This document shows positions 49,981-59,608 of a stretch of DNA of 64,000 nt, in pieces. Every line of letters starts with the position of its first letter. Position 1 is the stretch's first letter. A program made the translations under genes and the position numbers. Location of the stretch: IMG/VR virus record IMGVR_UViG_3300028832_000096; one strand, written 5' to 3'. The notes under the pieces were generated by a model. The model was given only the letters and a program-made list of their open reading frames with translations, did not search any database and was not told where the DNA came from. Source of the DNA: a virus (Duplodnaviria; Caudoviricetes).

Positions 49981-50154
49981 TATATAAATTGCCTTTTGAA
50001 ACAAGATAGGGTGGTGGTTGTCTTTCGTAATTGTTCCTTGCGAAACTATCTTGTAACTTTAACCGGCAGCTCAATAGAATATTCATGAAAGGCGAGAAGA
50101 GCTTCGGAGGGCAACTATTCACTTGTAAAGGTTCAGATACATTACATAACGATT

Positions 50155-51744
50155 CTAATTTTCATACTTGCATTTTTCAGGAAATTTAGTTTCAAATATA
50201 GAAACCAATTCTCGCTGAACTGTATCATAATCGGCTACTGTTCCCATATCATTTATACAAACAATGCAAATATGTTTGCTATTTAATATTATATGACGAA
50301 TATTAAATAAGTTGTCATCAATTTCAGTATACACATAAGGGCAAAAATCATCAATGTAGTTACCTGTGAAGAATTGATAGTAATGATAGACATACTGATT
50401 GATGTTTTGCGGTGCTCTAGTTTGTGTTATGCTCTTTTCCAATACATCCTTTAGGGACTTGAATACATTCTTTACGCTAGATTTTAACATAGGCATAGCG
50501 CTGTGTTCAGTAACTATCAATTCGTTTTCATCATAATTAGGTAAATTGAGCATTGTTGTAATTGCGTTTATACTAGACCGACATTCCCAACTAAATGCAT
50601 CTTGTGATTCTAAATTACTATGCTCTTTAAATTGCAATAAGGGCTTTTCATCTACAAAGAAGTCAGACGATACCATATCATCTATCGGAAAAATATCATC
50701 ATTGAAATATATAAATTTCTCTGATAGTCCTTTGATATTAGATAAGAATGCTTCTATTGTGCAGCTATTGTATGTAGGTAGAAATTTTTCTGGTATGAAG
50801 TCTTTGTGGTAAACTATTGTAACATTAGTAATCCATTCAGGTACTTGGGTTTCATCTGAAACGATTAGTACAACATTGCGTACAAAAGGCATATATCTAT
50901 CTATACCTCTTAATAAATACTTCAGCGTGTTCCATGACCTAAATCTGTTAGAATATAATTCTGATTGTTTAGTATTTTTGATATATGCTTCTTGCCATCC
51001 AGATTTAGACGAATCTACATAAGGAATTACAATGTCGATGTCTTTCTCGTTGCTACAAGGAGCTCTTTTGTGTTTAACAGCTTGAATATATGCATTAGAT
51101 ATACAGTTCATATAGTTCCAATCAAGCTGAATATCATCTAACCAAGTAGAAGGACAACTATGATTTGGTTTATAAGAAAGGTCTGAAATACAGCCTTTAG
51201 TGAAGTCAAATGCTTTATTAGGAAATAACGCAAAACAAGATTCGGCAAATACTACATCGCCAAATCCTTCGCATTTTTCTGCATCAATATCTGGATAATC
51301 GATTAGGCTATAAATAGATTTAGAAATAGCTAAAAACGTCATAGGATGTCCTATGCGACGAACTAATCCAACCCCATCAGGGTGGTTATCAATTTCTTTA
51401 ATATAAACCGAGGGGTCTTTGCATGATATAACAGTATCGTCATCTAACATAATTAGATAATCGTATTCTGATTCTAAGAACTCCTGCCTGAGTACTTTTC
51501 TTGCACCTACTATACCAAGCCGTTTTATCTTAGAATTAACTATGCGAAGTTTGTTTTGTATTTTTGGAGGTTTATAATCTTCCCAATTCTGTGCAATTAT
51601 AATGATGTCGATAGTAGGCCATAAACTGCTCAAAGATAAAAGCAATTCGGAACATCTCTTTGTCCTTACACCTCTAACATACTTATGGTAATCAGTATCT
51701 GGGTCTGGAAAATAAGAGATTATTCCGAATACTTTCTTAATCAT
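50155..51744 (-). CDS. GT-A-like domain fused to Stealth family hexose-1-phosphate transferase (paralogue 2)
   Basis: Same architecture as 42855-44453: KVFGI.SYFP, YLIMLDDD, IDIVIPYVD, LPTYNS..IE, YFNDD, VCIND, FPEKCKYE. Confidence 0.85.
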   Translation of the reverse strand: MIKKVFGIISYFPDPDTDYHKYVRGVRTKRCSELLLSLSSLWPTIDIIIIAQNWEDYKPPKIQNKLRIVNSKIKRLGIVGARKVLRQEFLESEYDYLIMLDDDTVISCKDPSVYIKEIDNHPDGVGLVRRIGHPMTFLAISKSIYSLIDYPDIDAEKCEGFGDVVFAESCFALFPNKAFDFTKGCISDLSYKPNHSCPSTWLDDIQLDWNYMNCISNAYIQAVKHKRAPCSNEKDIDIVIPYVDSSKSGWQEAYIKNTKQSELYSNRFRSWNTLKYLLRGIDRYMPFVRNVVLIVSDETQVPEWITNVTIVYHKDFIPEKFLPTYNSCTIEAFLSNIKGLSEKFIYFNDDIFPIDDMVSSDFFVDEKPLLQFKEHSNLESQDAFSWECRSSINAITTMLNLPNYDENELIVTEHSAMPMLKSSVKNVFKSLKDVLEKSITQTRAPQNINQYVYHYYQFFTGNYIDDFCPYVYTEIDDNLFNIRHIILNSKHICIVCINDMGTVADYDTVQRELVSIFETKFPEKCKYEN

Positions 51745-51931
51745 TCCTTGGAACTATTTCAAGTCCTTCTATAGCTGCCCATAATTTAGCAGCGGATTCT
51801 TCAGATAAATCTACAATAATAGATGTAGCAGTCACAAAATCAGATTCTGTAGTAAAAGGTTTCCAAGTTTTGCCATCATCGCTAGAATAAAATAAATTGC
51901 TGTTGGATTCGTCATTATCTTTGGGATTCAT
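51737..51931 (-). CDS. Small protein with SSDDGKTW motif
   Basis: GGAGGTG RBS; AATCGTTAT upstream. Confidence 0.6.
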   Translation of the reverse strand: MNPKDNDESNSNLFYSSDDGKTWKPFTTESDFVTATSIIVDLSEESAAKLWAAIEGLEIVPRND

Positions 51932-51960
51932 ACTAGCACCTCCGATGCATACAATAACGA

Positions 51961-52665
51961 TTAAATATCATTAAAAAGATTAAATCCTGTGTCTTTTGAT
52001 ATGCTTTGAATATAATCATTTACAGCATCTCGCTCTTCCTTAGTGGCATCTCTGCCGTTAGGAATGACTTCGTCAGGATTCTTCAACTCGCCTGCTTGCC
52101 ACTTCCACATAATGCTGCCTTCACGTTTAGACCTATATACATATAAGGGCTTACAAAGTCTACACTGAGTATGCGGAGTTGCTCGTAACTTTTCTTGGAA
52201 TGGAACATCGGTATGATGAACTCTAGTTTCATCAAAGAATGGAACTATTTCTTGACGATAAATCGCTTTCCAAATTGCTCTAGCAGTAGGGTGAATTATT
52301 ACTACATTTTCATCAAAATCAACCCAGTCAAACAAGATTTCATCTGCTAGGTCTTTATCAATAGCGTCAATAAGTTCTTCGATGTAGTTCATCATTATCA
52401 TATCGTCGCTATCGATGAATCCTATATATTTACCTTGGGCTTCTTCTATTCCTACATTCCAAGCTGCACAAGCGCCTTGATGCTTCATAAAGTGAAGTAT
52501 ATGAATATTTGAACAGTCAAAAACATCTAATCTATCTTCGTTACAACCATCATCCACCAAAATAACTTCAACCTCGTCTGTTATTTGAAGTTGAAGTTCT
52601 TTTAACAACTTTACTGTGTATTCATAGGTGTCGTAGTATGGAATTATTAGTGAGAGTTTAATCAT
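51961..52665 (-). CDS. Glycosyltransferase family 2
   Basis: LSLIIPYYD, EVILVDDG, G...A.N.GI, YIGFIDSDD. Confidence 0.88.
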   Translation of the reverse strand: MIKLSLIIPYYDTYEYTVKLLKELQLQITDEVEVILVDDGCNEDRLDVFDCSNIHILHFMKHQGACAAWNVGIEEAQGKYIGFIDSDDMIMMNYIEELIDAIDKDLADEILFDWVDFDENVVIIHPTARAIWKAIYRQEIVPFFDETRVHHTDVPFQEKLRATPHTQCRLCKPLYVYRSKREGSIMWKWQAGELKNPDEVIPNGRDATKEERDAVNDYIQSISKDTGFNLFNDI

Positions 52666-52999
52666 GTTGCATCTCTGCCCCGCATTTCGGACAATAGGGG
52701 TATCCTTTCATAAACATCCCGCGTGAAAACAATGTTAAACAGTTACTGCACTTAAAACGATACCAAGATTCATCCGTATCAAGGTCTATCCACTCGCCTT
52801 GCGGTCTTTCGTTATAATGAACATAGTTAGAATAATCGTGGCAATCAACGCACTCTCGCTCATTTCCCATATTCTTACAAGCATTACAACTAAATACTGT
52901 CGGGGCATTGTCGATAGCATCAACAATATCCTTACTCCAAATATTGCGTTCTTTGAAATCCGCTTTCAAAGCATCACGGCTTATAAGGTCGTTGTTCAT
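52658..52999 (-). CDS. Mosaic small protein (DLISR/IDNAPTV plus Zn ribbon)
   Basis: MNNDLISR, IDNAPTV, RPQGEWI, CxxC pairs. Confidence 0.7.
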   Translation of the reverse strand: MNNDLISRDALKADFKERNIWSKDIVDAIDNAPTVFSCNACKNMGNERECVDCHDYSNYVHYNERPQGEWIDLDTDESWYRFKCSNCLTLFSRGMFMKGYPYCPKCGAEMQHD

Positions 53000-53268
53000 T
53001 TCGCACCGCCTTTCATTGAAGCTCGCCTTTTTTGTTGATACTCACGCATATAAGCCTTTTTCTTTTCTTTACGAACAACCTCTTTTTCTTCGTCAATAAG
53101 CATTTTCTTGCCACACATAGGGCAGTAATTAAAGGCAGGTTCTGTACCCTCGTTTGTTATTGTTTCAAAACCGCATTTAGGGCATTCGTATGTATCTCCC
53201 TCCCAATCGGTCAAAACATATTTCCAAAGTTTGTGCGTGCTTGCCTTTCCAAATTCAACTAATGTCAT
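52996..53268 (-). CDS. Zn-ribbon small protein
   Basis: CPKC...CPMC; KGGAK end. Confidence 0.6.
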   Translation of the reverse strand: MTLVEFGKASTHKLWKYVLTDWEGDTYECPKCGFETITNEGTEPAFNYCPMCGKKMLIDEEKEVVRKEKKKAYMREYQQKRRASMKGGAK

Positions 53269-53566
53269 TGTCTATTGCCCTAAACCTTTCCGCTAAATAT
53301 GCAAGAATTAGATTTCTTGTGCTATCCATTGTAGGGTCAGATAGCGGTATTTCTGCTATATCAGTTAAAATGTTGTCTTTTTCTTGTTGGGTCATTTTTG
53401 TTCTCCTCTCATATCCGCTCCGCAGTTCGGGCAATAGTTGTAATTATTTTCTTTTGGTGTCCCTTCCATTAACACAAATGCGTCTTTACAAACTGAACAT
53501 TCATAATATTCGTCTGAAATGAAACTATCTGTATAAGGGTCATATCTATTCATTCTACTCCGCCTT

Positions 53567-53728
53567 TCATATCAGCTCGCCATTGAGATAATCGATGAAT
53601 GTTTTAGGGTAATTATCATCAATAAATTCCAAAGCCTTGATAGCAAGGTTAAATGCTTCTTTGGTATCTTCATACGGACAGCCTGCAAGCCACTTTTGAA
53701 TTTCCTTTATTGCTTCTTCATTTGTCAT
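53567..53728 (-). CDS. MTNEEAI-family small protein
   Basis: Start reassigned; EAFNLAIKAL motif. Confidence 0.6.
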   Translation of the reverse strand: MTNEEAIKEIQKWLAGCPYEDTKEAFNLAIKALEFIDDNYPKTFIDYLNGELI

Positions 53729-54254
53729 TTTCCGCACCGCCTTTCTTATATGGTTCGGGTAATGGTTGCCAAGCCAACATTTTTGGTTCAAAATCGTGAT
53801 TTGCTATGATTCCGCTTGAATGTGCCACTACCATTTGTTCATTTTCTAAAAATACAAGATAAAAATCTTCTTTTTCAGGTAATCTCTCACTAACAGGTAT
53901 CCACTCGCCTTTTGGTCTTTCGTGTTCGGCAACATATTTTGCAAACTGATTTAATACTTCGGGAGAGATATACGGTTCAACTGCCGGAGTATTGTCGATT
54001 AGTTTCAGAGCATACCTCAAACCTAATGCCCATTTTTCATCAATAGGCATTTCAGTTTCAACTATCTCTTCTATCTTCTTTTTCAAAGATTCACGGCTTA
54101 TAAGGTCACCTTTTGCTTCCGACAATGAAAAACTATCTGTCGAATATTCATATAAGTCGTTTCCGTCTCTGTAGTATCGGAGAATTAGCTTCATTTCTCG
54201 TAATGTCGATAAATCAACACTATCGGGAATTGTTAAAATAACTTGTTTACTCAT
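53718..54254 (-). CDS. Mosaic protein with DUF551-like C-terminus
   Basis: DLISR, WIPVSERLPE...AWQPLPEPY. Confidence 0.7.
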   Translation of the reverse strand: MSKQVILTIPDSVDLSTLREMKLILRYYRDGNDLYEYSTDSFSLSEAKGDLISRESLKKKIEEIVETEMPIDEKWALGLRYALKLIDNTPAVEPYISPEVLNQFAKYVAEHERPKGEWIPVSERLPEKEDFYLVFLENEQMVVAHSSGIIANHDFEPKMLAWQPLPEPYKKGGAENDK

Positions 54255-54413
54255 TTTCCGCACAACCTTTCTTTATCTCAACCAGCGGACATTTACATTG
54301 TCTTTTTGTAGTAGTTATTCCTTCATGAGTAAACAAACATTCATTCCAATATTTAGGTCGAACAACAAAAGGACATTCGATACAATTTTTAGGCATTGGA
54401 ATATCAATTTGTA

Positions 54414-54821
54414 TCATTCCATACCGCCTTTCCAGTCTGAATACCAGTCTAAATAGTTGATTACAGCATCTTTGAACTTATAATCTGGTAGATGTTTAGA
54501 ACAACGCCTTTTCTCGAATAACTCTTTTGTTTCTGTTACATAAACCTCTAAAATGCCAGCTTCTTCATAGTACACAAAATATAGGGGTAAATTTTTCTTT
54601 ATAGCTGTATCTCTACATTCCGTAATGAATGGTTCTTCTATTTCTTCAGATGCCGGGGCATTTTTAATGGTATTCAGCCAATAAGAATTACAAGCGTTCC
54701 AAGCTTTAGCATAGATACGGTCTTTTGTTGTTCGATACTTTGTATCACGAACAATCTTCTCGTTCATAAATTCGGGTTTGGCATTTATCAAAGCCTCCCG
54801 GTTAATAAGGTCATTGTTCAT
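54414..54821 (-). CDS. Mosaic small protein, paralogue of 60559-60942
   Basis: Shared C-terminal PFITECR...YSDWKGG. Confidence 0.7.
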   Translation of the reverse strand: MNNDLINREALINAKPEFMNEKIVRDTKYRTTKDRIYAKAWNACNSYWLNTIKNAPASEEIEEPFITECRDTAIKKNLPLYFVYYEEAGILEVYVTETKELFEKRRCSKHLPDYKFKDAVINYLDWYSDWKGGME

Positions 54822-54936
54822 TCCGCACCACCTTTCTGTTCGCTTTCATATCCATAACAAACAGTTCCTTCGCACTCTCCGTTGTGAATACAAGTGGTGC
54901 AAATTGGTGTTGTTTCATTATAGTTAGACAGTATGC

Positions 54937-55128
54937 TCATTCCGCACCGCCTTTCATTTCTTCCTCACTTTCTTTCATAAGCCAACCGATACTGATTGAC
55001 CATACGGCAAAATTGATGAACAGATAGGTTTCGCCAAAAGAATGTGATAAACAACTTCCAAAACTCCAAGCACCTTCAAAATGTTTATCAACTTTAACAC
55101 CAAAGCCATAGTTTGATTTTTCGTTCAT
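54937..55128 (-). CDS. Small hypothetical protein
   Basis: KGGAE end with junction repeat. Confidence 0.6.
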   Translation of the reverse strand: MNEKSNYGFGVKVDKHFEGAWSFGSCLSHSFGETYLFINFAVWSISIGWLMKESEEEMKGGAE

Positions 55129-55409
55129 TCCGTATCATCATCCATTTCATCTAAAAGTCCACCGCACTCTACTACTACGGGAAGAATAAACTGCTTTGCC
55201 CTATTCCGCATATCTTTGCCTTCAGGATTAGCGGAGCCATCAGGATACACTTCTCTGCACTCATCAACATCTTTGTTATACATAATAGATGCTATGAAAG
55301 CATATAAATCCTCACCTTCTTCAAACTGAAATACCCGGTCTAAATAGGCTTGAAGTTTGTCGAACCTATCTTCCAGAGTAGTTAGTAGTTCCTTGTTATA
55401 GTGTGTCAT
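55125..55409 (-). CDS. Hypothetical protein
   Basis: AAGGAG RBS. Confidence 0.65.
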   Translation of the reverse strand: MTHYNKELLTTLEDRFDKLQAYLDRVFQFEEGEDLYAFIASIMYNKDVDECREVYPDGSANPEGKDMRNRAKQFILPVVVECGGLLDEMDDDTE

Positions 55410-55622
55410 TCTTCTTCTCCTTTATGCAATTCGTCGTGAATAGCCTTGAACGGAGATATTGTTGGGGCATTAGCAAGTTGTGATTGACTTATTGCTAATT
55501 TTCCGTCTTTTGTCATACAGTCCGGGTATAGTTTATCGGCGTCAATTAACCTCATGTCTGCTCTCCTTTATGCTCTCTTGCATATTCTTCCCTATGACTT
55601 GTGCAAGTCATTATTCTTCATC

Positions 55623-56054
55623 TCATTTATTATATCGAGCTTTAAGTTGGGTTATAGGAGTATTTAAGTCATCAAGGTTCTTATATATGCAATCCATTAA
55701 ATCTAATGCTAATAATTCTATGATGTATTCATCATAAATATCCCTTGACTGTAATCTGAATACTGGCAGACCTATATCTTCCTGAAAGAGGTTCGGGTCG
55801 CCTGTATCAAAACAGAGATTCCAATGAAATTCGTGATTCATACAAAAATGCAAAAACTTATAAACAGTTTCTAATTTATCAAACTTTAACCATATATGGC
55901 AGTGGCTCTTACCATGACCACAACAACTTTCGGTAGTTTCAACGCCTTCGATAGCGTTTAATGCCACACACAAATCCCTAATCGGGTAATCAATTTCCCA
56001 ATATGGGATATTTTCAGGACACATACTATCATCAAAATTTCTTATCATATACAT
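55623..56054 (-). CDS. Hypothetical protein with TTESCCGHG motif
   Basis: GGGAG RBS; T..SC.GH motif. Confidence 0.65.
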   Translation of the reverse strand: MYMIRNFDDSMCPENIPYWEIDYPIRDLCVALNAIEGVETTESCCGHGKSHCHIWLKFDKLETVYKFLHFCMNHEFHWNLCFDTGDPNLFQEDIGLPVFRLQSRDIYDEYIIELLALDLMDCIYKNLDDLNTPITQLKARYNK

Positions 56055-56207
56055 ATCTCCCTATTATTTAATCATTTTTTCTTTGTTCTTCCTGATATTC
56101 AACTCTATGACTTGTGCAAGTCATACCATAATGATTAAGAGGACAGTCCTCACACTTTTCTGTTGGACACGGAGACTGCATTAAATTTAAATTTCTTACA
56201 TCTAACA

Positions 56208-56507
56208 TTATTCTTTATCTCTTTTATGTAATTCATCGTGAATAGCCTTGTAGGGTGATATTGTCGGAGCATTGTTGATAATGTCTTTTACGGCTTCACA
56301 ATCAAAAACCGCAAATTCATTGTATTCGTCTAATTCTTTTAACAAAGCACTACGGCTAATTAAATCATCTGTTGAGTTGTAAGGTATGCCGTTGGCGATA
56401 ACTTTATCTATTTGACTTGGATAAAGTTCTTTTACCGCGTCTTTACAAGCCTCATAGTATTTCTCGTCAACTTCGATTATCAACTTAATTTTCTTTATCA
56501 TTCTCAT
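56208..56507 (-). CDS. Mosaic small protein (KLIIE.. plus DLISR)
   Basis: DLISRSALL, INNAPTI. Confidence 0.65.
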   Translation of the reverse strand: MRMIKKIKLIIEVDEKYYEACKDAVKELYPSQIDKVIANGIPYNSTDDLISRSALLKELDEYNEFAVFDCEAVKDIINNAPTISPYKAIHDELHKRDKE

Positions 56508-56724
56508 TCCGTATCACCTTTTCTTCCTTAAACGCAAACACCACATCAAACCCTGCCCAATCATGCATCCATTTAGACATCTCTTGCATTGTCGCTAACA
56601 CTTCCGTTGAAGATAGACCACGGCACCCATAGCCTACGGCACGACTATCTTCTGTGGTAATGCTATAATATAGACTATCTACTACTGTAATATCGAATAC
56701 AACAGGTCTTTCACTATCTGGCAT
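56485..56724 (-). CDS. Hypothetical protein
   Basis: GAGGTG RBS. Confidence 0.55.
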   Translation of the reverse strand: MPDSERPVVFDITVVDSLYYSITTEDSRAVGYGCRGLSSTEVLATMQEMSKWMHDWAGFDVVFAFKEEKVIRNENDKEN

Positions 56725-56750
56725 ATCAACCCACCTCACAATCTATCTCA

Positions 56751-57122
56751 TTAAAAATCGGGATATATTAATCTCGGATTGATTTCGCTGCTATTGACAA
56801 GCATATAGGTCATTCCACAATGCTTACAGGTCATAGTACCCTTGTCAATTACACCACCGCAAGATTTGCACTGAAGAGCTATGATTGTCTGGCTCGGCAT
56901 ATTTGAAAAATCTGCGTGAATAGTACCTGAAGTAGTTATTACGGAATTCAAAGGGTAGCCAGAATCTTTTATAAGAAGTTCTGAAGGGTCTGCACAAGAT
57001 ACAAGTGGCTGTTCTAAAGCAATCTCCATAGCTTCCTTAAATGCCTTGGCAGATTCTTCAGTAGTAGATGCTGTTAATGCAAAAACATCTTTTAGCTGAT
57101 TAACATCGATTAAATCTAACAT
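56751..57122 (-). CDS. Zn-ribbon protein
   Basis: CKSC...CKHC. Confidence 0.65.
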   Translation of the reverse strand: MLDLIDVNQLKDVFALTASTTEESAKAFKEAMEIALEQPLVSCADPSELLIKDSGYPLNSVITTSGTIHADFSNMPSQTIIALQCKSCGGVIDKGTMTCKHCGMTYMLVNSSEINPRLIYPDF

Positions 57123-57133
57123 ATCAATCTACC

Positions 57134-57493
57134 TCACTTCATATCATCAATATAGTAATAATAGTCATAAAACTTATTGTTATATTTCACCCAATCTTTC
57201 TTTGACTGATATAACTTAACATCTGTTCCTAATTTCTTGCTGAAATAATTAAGAAGGTACTCAATAGGCTTTTTGAAAAACGGCGAATTAGGGTCACTTA
57301 TAACAATTTCTACTCTATCTTCGTCACCATCATCTAAATATCCGTCATAACTCTCCGCCCAAATAAATTTGCCCATTTTTTTAGTTATATTAAAAAGCAA
57401 ATCATCAAGTTCATCAGTCCATATAAGGTCAAGTACAACAACCCTTGTGTCATAATTAAGTCTGATTGCTTCCTTATATTTTAGATTAGTCAT
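57134..57493 (-). CDS. Hypothetical protein
   Basis: GAGGT RBS. Confidence 0.65.
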   Translation of the reverse strand: MTNLKYKEAIRLNYDTRVVVLDLIWTDELDDLLFNITKKMGKFIWAESYDGYLDDGDEDRVEIVISDPNSPFFKKPIEYLLNYFSKKLGTDVKLYQSKKDWVKYNNKFYDYYYYIDDMK

Positions 57494-57706
57494 ATCACTC
57501 TACCTCACTTTCATCATCAGCCACTACTTCACCATCAATAATACAATCTGCTATATTTACTCCATAAGGCAAGTGCCCTCTCTGAACAGTAAAGTTGTAA
57601 ACTTCATCGGGTATTTCAATTATCAATTTCATAAGTTATTCTCTCCTTTTGGATTCTTGATATGTTGTACTTCACTTATTATAACGATTCTGATTTTAGT
57701 ATAAGT

Positions 57707-58006
57707 TTAGTCATCTTCAGAATCCCTTATACAATGTAATCCTTCTTGGCAAGTATCAGTCTTATGAGGACATTCATAGCACCGACCATGTTCATTGGAA
57801 GATGCTGATATATAAATATCAAACTTCGGCGGAGTATAATCTGTATCAGGTTCAGCCTTCCCTAAATCTAATGAAATATCAGCTATATTGGTCATGAGTA
57901 AATTTTGTTGACGTTCGGATAATTTCAAAAATCTCTGCACGTCAAGGCATTTGCTCATCAAAAGGACAGTTTCTTCTAACAGTTTAATTCTTTCGGAGTT
58001 TGTCAT
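57707..58006 (-). CDS. Hypothetical protein
   Basis: AAGGAG RBS, coupled start. Confidence 0.65.
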   Translation of the reverse strand: MTNSERIKLLEETVLLMSKCLDVQRFLKLSERQQNLLMTNIADISLDLGKAEPDTDYTPPKFDIYISASSNEHGRCYECPHKTDTCQEGLHCIRDSEDD

Positions 58007-58191
58007 TTGACGTCTCCTTTCATATTAGATAAACAAGTACCTGCGAAAAAGCAGTAGTGTTTTAATTCAGGATTTACTTCGCCTTGATTGATGTGGTAAA
58101 ACTTGCACTTCTTGCATTCTTCGTTATCCATTAGTTTTGCCAATTCGACGCAATTATCCATATCAGCTATTGGACCTCTTTTTAATGACAT
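58003..58191 (-). CDS. Small Cys-rich protein
   Basis: CKKCKFY; KGDVK end supplies next RBS. Confidence 0.55.
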   Translation of the reverse strand: MSLKRGPIADMDNCVELAKLMDNEECKKCKFYHINQGEVNPELKHYCFFAGTCLSNMKGDVK

Positions 58192-58345
58192 TTAGCAAAT
58201 CATCCAATTTTTCTTTTGATATTCTTTTATCTACCCATAAGCCTTCCCTATATCCGGTCTTTTCAGCTGCCTCATCATAAAGGATAAAATCAAGAGAATA
58301 CTTCCCATCTTCCTTATAGATTTTAATGTTTGCTATTTCATCCAT
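58163..58345 (-). CDS. Hypothetical protein
   Basis: Gene packing. Confidence 0.5.
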   Translation of the reverse strand: MDEIANIKIYKEDGKYSLDFILYDEAAEKTGYREGLWVDKRISKEKLDDLLNVIKKRSNS

Positions 58346-58721
58346 ATTATTCTGTATCACCTCTCATATCTGTATTGTTATATACAGGAATACCTAAAAC
58401 TTTCATTTGATATACAAAACAATATTCCATCTTACAGTTTGGAAAAATACACTCCGATACTTCATCACTATTTTCAAAATGACCATTCATAACACACTTT
58501 GTTTTGCTCATTCCGTACCTCTTCTGCTATCTTTAATTAAAAAATCCAACCCACAACAAAGCAACAATTCAGCATTTGCCTTATCATAATTACCTATCTT
58601 GTATGCTTTACGACAAACAGAATAAGGTAATTTATATTTGTAGTGGAGTTCTCCGATATCATTATTTCGCTTACTCATTTGGTGTCACCTCATATCTACA
58701 CCGCAGTAACTGAAAAAATTT

Positions 58722-58943
58722 TCACCGATTTCGCCACATTTCGCCTGTCATGCTTTTCAGCCTTGCCGTTTCATTTGCCATATCTGAATATAAAAGACTT
58801 AATCTTTCGTTTTCTTTCAAAGCCTTTATTGCAAGGTCAAGAGCTTCATATTCTCGTCTATCAGTTAAAGTAACATTCATATCCTCAACTTCGTGTAAGG
58901 TGATTACCCGTTCAAGCCACTCGATTGCTTCTTCGTTAGTCAT
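58722..58943 (-). CDS. MTNEEAI-family small protein
   Basis: EALDLAIKAL motif. Confidence 0.65.
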   Translation of the reverse strand: MTNEEAIEWLERVITLHEVEDMNVTLTDRREYEALDLAIKALKENERLSLLYSDMANETARLKSMTGEMWRNR

Positions 58944-59187
58944 TATCTGAACCTCGCATATCTGCTCCGCAGTTTTTACAAAAGTCTGTAAAATCTAAAC
59001 CAATTATTTCTCCTAATGGTGTTGTCCTAAGCGACCTCTTATGACAAACAGAACACTCTCCTGAATGATGCCACTGACCTTTTGGTTTTTGTGGTTCATA
59101 CTCATAGCATTCAAAATCATCAAGAAATGCAGCACCTGTTTTAATGTCGTGGCACACATCACCGTGAATACAAGTATCACACTTCAT
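58936..59187 (-). CDS. Zn-ribbon small protein
   Basis: Start at MKCDTC; PKGQW...CKNCGADMRG. Confidence 0.6.
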   Translation of the reverse strand: MKCDTCIHGDVCHDIKTGAAFLDDFECYEYEPQKPKGQWHHSGECSVCHKRSLRTTPLGEIIGLDFTDFCKNCGADMRGSDND

Positions 59188-59188
59188 T

Positions 59189-59404
59189 TTAAACTCCATA
59201 GATATGCGGTATGCATTTTTCAAAATATTCTTCACAAGTATATTCATCAATGATTTCTTTTGTGATAATTCTTTCATGAGAACCATTATATTTCACAAAC
59301 CAGCGAATAGATACAACAACATCTGTTTTTGCTAATTCAAATGCTTGCTTAATATCATCCAACTTAGGCGTATTATCTATCCAAAACGATTTAATTTCAT
59401 TCAT
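59189..59404 (-). CDS. Hypothetical protein
   Basis: AGGAG RBS. Confidence 0.6.
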   Translation of the reverse strand: MNEIKSFWIDNTPKLDDIKQAFELAKTDVVVSIRWFVKYNGSHERIITKEIIDEYTCEEYFEKCIPHIYGV

Positions 59405-59419
59405 TTTGTATCTCCTGCA

Positions 59420-59608
59420 TCACCTGTCTCCATCTTCAAGAAACTTTAAAAAGTTCTCTCTGTTTCCAAAAATGGTATAGATTACATAATCAGCACAAAT
59501 CTTAATAGCCCTTTGCGCTTCGGGCGTTAATGAATTCTTATTGCAGTTATCTTTGCAGTCTTTCCCGTGAAATAACAGGTTCTCAAAATAATGTTCTTCG
59601 TTGCTCAT
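59420..59608 (-). CDS. Hypothetical protein
   Basis: GGAGG RBS. Confidence 0.6.
   Translation of the reverse strand: MSNEEHYFENLLFHGKDCKDNCNKNSLTPEAQRAIKICADYVIYTIFGNRENFLKFLEDGDR

Noticed and set aside
49729-50088. Plus-strand 119-aa ORF
   Set aside because: Antisense to tRNA-Gln and ncRNA copy B
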